64,000 nucleotides of DNA, taken from Candidatus Binatia bacterium (GTDB lineage Bacteria; Desulfobacterota; Binatia; Bin18). The notes beneath the pieces were generated by a model that ran no database searches, had not been told where the DNA came from, and worked only from the letters and a program-made list of their open reading frames with translations. Position 1 is the stretch's first letter. Every line of letters begins with the position of its first letter. Both the position numbers and the translations under genes were made by a program. Of this stretch, positions 59,917 to 64,000 are shown piece by piece. The stretch covers positions 1-64,000 of the forward strand of contig CAXXHG010000014.1 in the NCBI GenBank assembly GCA_963666315.2. Reading direction: 5' to 3'.

Positions 59917-60408
59917 ATGAGCAACCTTACATCCCTGGGGCAGAGTGTTGGCGAGCTGCTCAAGACACACAAGCAGACTATTGCGGTCGCGGAGTCTTCC
60001 GCGGGGGGTTTGATCTCGGCCGCTCTACTCGCAGTTTCCGGTGCATCGGCATATTTTTTGGGCGGCGGCGTGATCTATACACATGAAGCGCGGCGGTCTC
60101 TTCTGGCCATGCCAGATGAGGCACTCGAAGGCGTGCGCGCCAGTACTGAGGAATATGCCCGACGTCTGGCCCATCAAGTGCGCGTCCGTTTTGAGACCAC
60201 ATGGGGGCTGAGTGAAACCGGAGCAACCGGCCCAACCGGCAATCGCTACGGCGATGCAGCCGGACATGCCTGTATTGCCCTTGTGGGCCCGGTGGAAGAG
60301 ACGCTAACCCTAGAGACCGGAAGCGCGGATCGGGAAGCCAATATGTGGACATTCACCCAGACTGCCCTAGAGTTATTGGCGAAGGCCATCGAGAAAAACG
60401 TCACATAA
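59917..60408 (+). CDS. CinA C-terminal/PncC family protein
   Basis: IAVAESSAGGLI.A.L..V.GAS.YF.GG...Y, SETGATGP.G. Confidence 0.88.
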   Translation: MSNLTSLGQSVGELLKTHKQTIAVAESSAGGLISAALLAVSGASAYFLGGGVIYTHEARRSLLAMPDEALEGVRASTEEYARRLAHQVRVRFETTWGLSETGATGPTGNRYGDAAGHACIALVGPVEETLTLETGSADREANMWTFTQTALELLAKAIEKNVT

Positions 60409-60419
60409 AAGAGGTCACC

Positions 60420-60893
60420 ATGACGCATTGTGTCACCCAGGCTCTAAAAGTTTTACTTCTACTCATCTGCTGTCTCACGCTGCTGCCAGCATCCTTCGCC
60501 GATGCCCAGGGCGGCGCCGGTGTGGGAGGCGATCGCCCCTCAGCTAAGACGCGTCGCTTCCCGTTTAAAGTCATCCTGACCGGCTTCCTCAACACCGATC
60601 CCGCACCAGAGGCACTCGCGGTTATGCAACTCGGACTGACCGGTTATCGGGGTCAGTACCAGCTGGAAGTCACCAGTGTGAAAGCACCGAATGCACCCGG
60701 ACTGACCCCGCGACAAATTCTCCTGCATCGGCTCGGGAAGCGCTTGTCGGATCTGGATGTCACCGGCCCACGCAACACGCTGGAAAAGATTGCCCAATCC
60801 CAGCCCGGCACGCCACTGGAACTGACCGGCTGGTATGCTCAACGCGACGGGGAGTTTCGGCTCGAAAAGGTCAGAATTGTTGGGTTTGAGTAA
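60420..60893 (+). CDS. Secreted hypothetical protein
   Basis: RBS gaggt; signal peptide ending ..ASFADA; co-oriented with the CinA-like gene. Confidence 0.6.
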   Translation: MTHCVTQALKVLLLLICCLTLLPASFADAQGGAGVGGDRPSAKTRRFPFKVILTGFLNTDPAPEALAVMQLGLTGYRGQYQLEVTSVKAPNAPGLTPRQILLHRLGKRLSDLDVTGPRNTLEKIAQSQPGTPLELTGWYAQRDGEFRLEKVRIVGFE

Positions 60894-60899
60894 GCCCTG

Positions 60900-61679
60900 C
60901 TACAAATCAATCGGCAGTTCGAGATATTCGTGGTAAACCATGTCGCGGTGTGCCAGCAAGATCGGATTTACCGCGGCTTGCACAACTGGGTCAGTATTGG
61001 TGTACATAGTCCGAAAAGCATCTGGCATTGGACACAGATCGTGTGGCAGCGGTTGGATGAGGGCAGCAAACGTTGCCCAATAAATGTCCAGTGCGGACAA
61101 CTGGCTGCCGATAAAGAACTTACTGCCCTTTTCTCGTTGTTGCTCCAGACGGGTACTTAGAGTTTTCAGAATATTCGCCACCCGAGCTGGCGCGGCCACC
61201 ACCTCTTCTCGATTGTAGCCATATTTCTTTCCCATATGGGAGGCGAAGGCACGCGCTGACTCTTTCGCGTCTGCGTCGGTCAACACGGGATGGAGGAGCA
61301 TCAGACGCTTTGACCAACCAAAGCCATGCTGGCCACACAGCTCATTACAATATCCAAACATCAGCATCCGCTCTTCTATATTCTCTGGGATCAGCGCCAG
61401 AGTCGGCTGGAGGCGCTCTGCTAAAAAGAGCTGCTCTATCCAGGTTGAGCGGGGCGGTTCGTCATTCCAGATCGCAACCGGCGCCGTCGCCTGTGCGGTC
61501 CATTCGGTGAGTTCTCGATTCTCTTCACCAATCTCCTGACGTACGCGGACGTAAGAAATACCTTTAACATGCAAAATTCCCTTGGCAGCCTCGCTCCATG
61601 GACCAGGCACGCCGAGCGAGAGCACGAGTCGGAGCCCGGATGGGGTTCTTGCTTGTGCAACATCAATATAGTCAGCCAC
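60900..61679 (-). CDS. Divergent GST-like protein
   Basis: PGPWSEAAK.IL.VK N-domain; FFIG.QLSALDIYWA C-domain motif. Confidence 0.65.
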   Translation of the reverse strand: MADYIDVAQARTPSGLRLVLSLGVPGPWSEAAKGILHVKGISYVRVRQEIGEENRELTEWTAQATAPVAIWNDEPPRSTWIEQLFLAERLQPTLALIPENIEERMLMFGYCNELCGQHGFGWSKRLMLLHPVLTDADAKESARAFASHMGKKYGYNREEVVAAPARVANILKTLSTRLEQQREKGSKFFIGSQLSALDIYWATFAALIQPLPHDLCPMPDAFRTMYTNTDPVVQAAVNPILLAHRDMVYHEYLELPIDL

Positions 61680-61712
61680 GACCTGCCTCCTTATTGTCTC
61701 GCTATTCTGGTC

Positions 61713-62179
61713 TCACCATTCTTGCGAGTGACCGGGCGTATACCGATAAAAGACGGTAATGGTCCGATCTTTCAAAAACCACGGTCCTTTTTCTTTGATG
61801 AGTGTGTCATCATACCGACCAACAATAACCTGGATCGTCCCATCTTCCACCGAGTCAACATCAAAATAGGCCGCCGCAACGGCCGTCTTTTTATTAAGCG
61901 AGATAACTGGTTCGAAGAGCCTATGCCGGACATGCTGAACGTCGCAGGGGCGCGATTCAAAAAAGTGTGTGTACCAGGCTTGGATGTCTTCGCGACCGGC
62001 GGATTGCTTCGTAATCGCTGGAGGAGGTCGTCTGTCTGACCCCAGATGGACGAGATGAGACGGATGGGACAGAAGGGGCTGCTCGCCGGACTGTTTGCGA
62101 CTGCCGTGTGACTTTCTTTGGCCCGACTTTCGGCTTTTGTTTGGGACCGGATTTCTTTGCCGCCCGTTGTCTTGCCATA
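61713..62179 (-). pseudogene. SnoaL/NTF2-like protein, disrupted
   Basis: A frame not in the ORF track reads GREDIQAWY..VRHRLFEPVI..A.A.AYFD..GRYDDTLIKE.G.W..K.R. Confidence 0.6.
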
Positions 62180-62980
62180 CGCCCTCCCGCCGTCTGCATC
62201 ATCGTTCTCGAACAATTTTTCAGCAGGTATCCGATTCTGCAACTCGTCGCCTTCCTTTGTCAAGCATAGAAGAAGGTTGCAGAAAGAGAAGGAAAGGCTG
62301 GTTGAGGCAGGTATCACTTACCCTGAGAGCGTATGCAAAAAGCCCCTTCTAGGCGTCGCCCAGAGACTTCTTAGACTCGCCCTCAGGAGTGTAGTGGGCA
62401 AATTCAGACCTGGTGAATCAGGTCCTCTTTGACCATGAGTAGAGTCTCTTCATGTTTTGAGATGTAGTTTTCCTTGTATTGCATGCGCAGCATTCAGGGT
62501 ACGCTTCCACGCATCTAGGTCCGTATCAATATCATCTACGATGACCGTTCCATCCTCGTCGGGTTGCACCTCGGTACTCCCCGGGTTCTCCGCTCCCAGT
62601 TCATGTAGCGTGTTCGTACGAAGGGGCGGAAGGACTTGAACTTGTTCCTGAGTTGGCTCTTGCTCGCTCACGCGCTGGCCCAGTCCACCGGCAATCGCCT
62701 GGGTCAATTCTCCATCTTCACACGGCTTGGACAGTAATCGATGCCATGCCTCATCATGTATTGCACCCCAAGGACGATCACGCCTCTGGTTTTGAAAATG
62801 TCTTCATGTTGCTGACATTGGTTTGAGCCTTTTCCCATGGGTCAGGTGTGCTTTCTGTCCATCTCGGGCCTTCTGTGACTATTATGGGGACCCTCTATAG
62901 CTCCTGGAACCGTGAAAAAATTTAGTTTTCAGGCTGCTTCCCAATCTATTATTTCTGATCGATAGGAGGCAATGCGGCAC

Positions 62981-63012
62981 AAAAAAAGCCGGGCGCAACC
63001 AGCGCCCGGCTT
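62981..63012 (-). terminator. Rho-independent terminator
   Basis: gccgggcgc-N5-gcgcccggc hairpin followed by T7 on the minus strand, just after the diiron gene. Confidence 0.85.
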
Positions 63013-63050
63013 CGGAGAGAACAAAAGGGACAGAGATAGGCAGCCGGTGT

Positions 63051-64000
63051 TTATGCTGCTGCTTGTTCGTGTGGCTGCGGAGCGCTAATGCCCATTGCGC
63101 TCAGTTTCCCAATCGTCCGGTCACTCAGAAGGCCAACTTTCCCCATATTACTCCAGAGCGCGGCGTGAAAATCTTTTTTAAAGAAGGTGCGGAATGCCAC
63201 GTACTCATTATTCTTTGCGACTTTATGACGCATGGTCCGGATGTCTTCGATCTCTGCTGTCGTAAAACCAACCGCCTCATACGCCTCTTTGGGAAACTGT
63301 CCCTGCAAGAGCCCGCCAGTTGCCTCACACGCGAAATCTTCCACCTCTTGCAGTTCTTGCTCTGATAGCTCCTTCATCTGGTCAGGCAGACTCAGCATCC
63401 CAAAACCCATATGACGCGATTCATCAGAAAGAATACGCTGGCAGATCTGGCCGATTAATGGATCTGGACTGTGGTCCGCCAGCATGCGGAACAGCGACAC
63501 CGCCAGCGTTTCTGCCACGAGCTGGGTGCCTACGGTCTTGAGATACCACTGTGGCGTTTCCAGGACGTGATCGAACATTTTCTTTAAGTTGGCAGTCAAC
63601 GGGTACGTCACTCCGACCTTTTCGTATAGATAGCGCGCCAACACTTCAGAATGTCTTGCTTCATCAACCACCTGGGTTGCCATAAAAAACTTCGAGTCGA
63701 TATCAGAAACGCTATTAGCAATTTGGCCGCATACCATCAGTGCAAACTGTTCCCCATACATCAACTGACTGATCCGCCAAGCGGAAAAGTGTCGATTGAG
63801 TGCAAGCCGCTTCTTGTCGTCAAGTTTGTCCCAATACTTCGTCTCGTAGATATCAATCAAACCGTCGGGCAAGATGCCACAATCAGGGTCGCCGCCCTTG
63901 TCCCAGTCGATATCAGTTGATGCGTTCCACTGATCGCGCTTCGCCTTCTCATAGAGATTGCGCATGTCTTGATTTTGGACATCGAGCAGTTGCGTGAAGA
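63051..64000 (-). CDS. Ferritin-like diiron protein (AurF-like); probably starts beyond the window
   Basis: LYEKAKRDQW, SQL.YGEQ, QVVDEARH and SDESRH (ExxH pairs); the frame stays open to the window edge. Confidence 0.85.
   Translation of the reverse strand, partial: FTQLLDVQNQDMRNLYEKAKRDQWNASTDIDWDKGGDPDCGILPDGLIDIYETKYWDKLDDKKRLALNRHFSAWRISQLMYGEQFALMVCGQIANSVSDIDSKFFMATQVVDEARHSEVLARYLYEKVGVTYPLTANLKKMFDHVLETPQWYLKTVGTQLVAETLAVSLFRMLADHSPDPLIGQICQRILSDESRHMGFGMLSLPDQMKELSEQELQEVEDFACEATGGLLQGQFPKEAYEAVGFTTAEIEDIRTMRHKVAKNNEYVAFRTFFKKDFHAALWSNMGKVGLLSDRTIGKLSAMGISAPQPHEQAAA

Noticed and set aside
62320-62760. IS terminal-repeat-like sequence (gagagcgtatgcaaaaag) and ORF 62450-62707
   Set aside because: No partner inverted repeat or recognisable transposase motif was found.

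Overview
Bacterial chromosomal window of moderately high GC. It holds about 55 recognisable genes or gene remnants; no rRNA, tRNA or CRISPR array was seen. The gene content (F420-type luciferase-like oxidoreductases, amidase, SDR, CoA-transferase, sulfotransferase, GTP-PEPCK, AurF-like diiron protein) suggests a Binatia/deltaproteobacteria-like environmental bacterium, which is inference only. The main candidate for a new system is an atypical ergothioneine-type operon at 1-5438 (ATP-grasp ligase, egtC, egtB, egtD, asparaginase-fold enzyme; no egtA or egtE in the window) divergent from a LysR regulator. Other highlights are a membrane-anchored beta-propeller/di-haem cytochrome c paired with an MsrQ-like subunit without MsrP, a Tat-signal luciferase-like oxidoreductase, a luxE-luxC pair without luciferase, and an orphan non-coding segment resembling an IS110-family left end. 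There is also an internally inverted CoA-transferase pseudogene, an intact sigma-54 promoter driving a fused activator remnant, a decayed integrase element, three toxin-antitoxin loci and several dispersed repeat families. Around 20 genes carry frameshifts or stops; some are probably sequencing errors and some real decay. All product calls come from visual motif recognition, not database searches.
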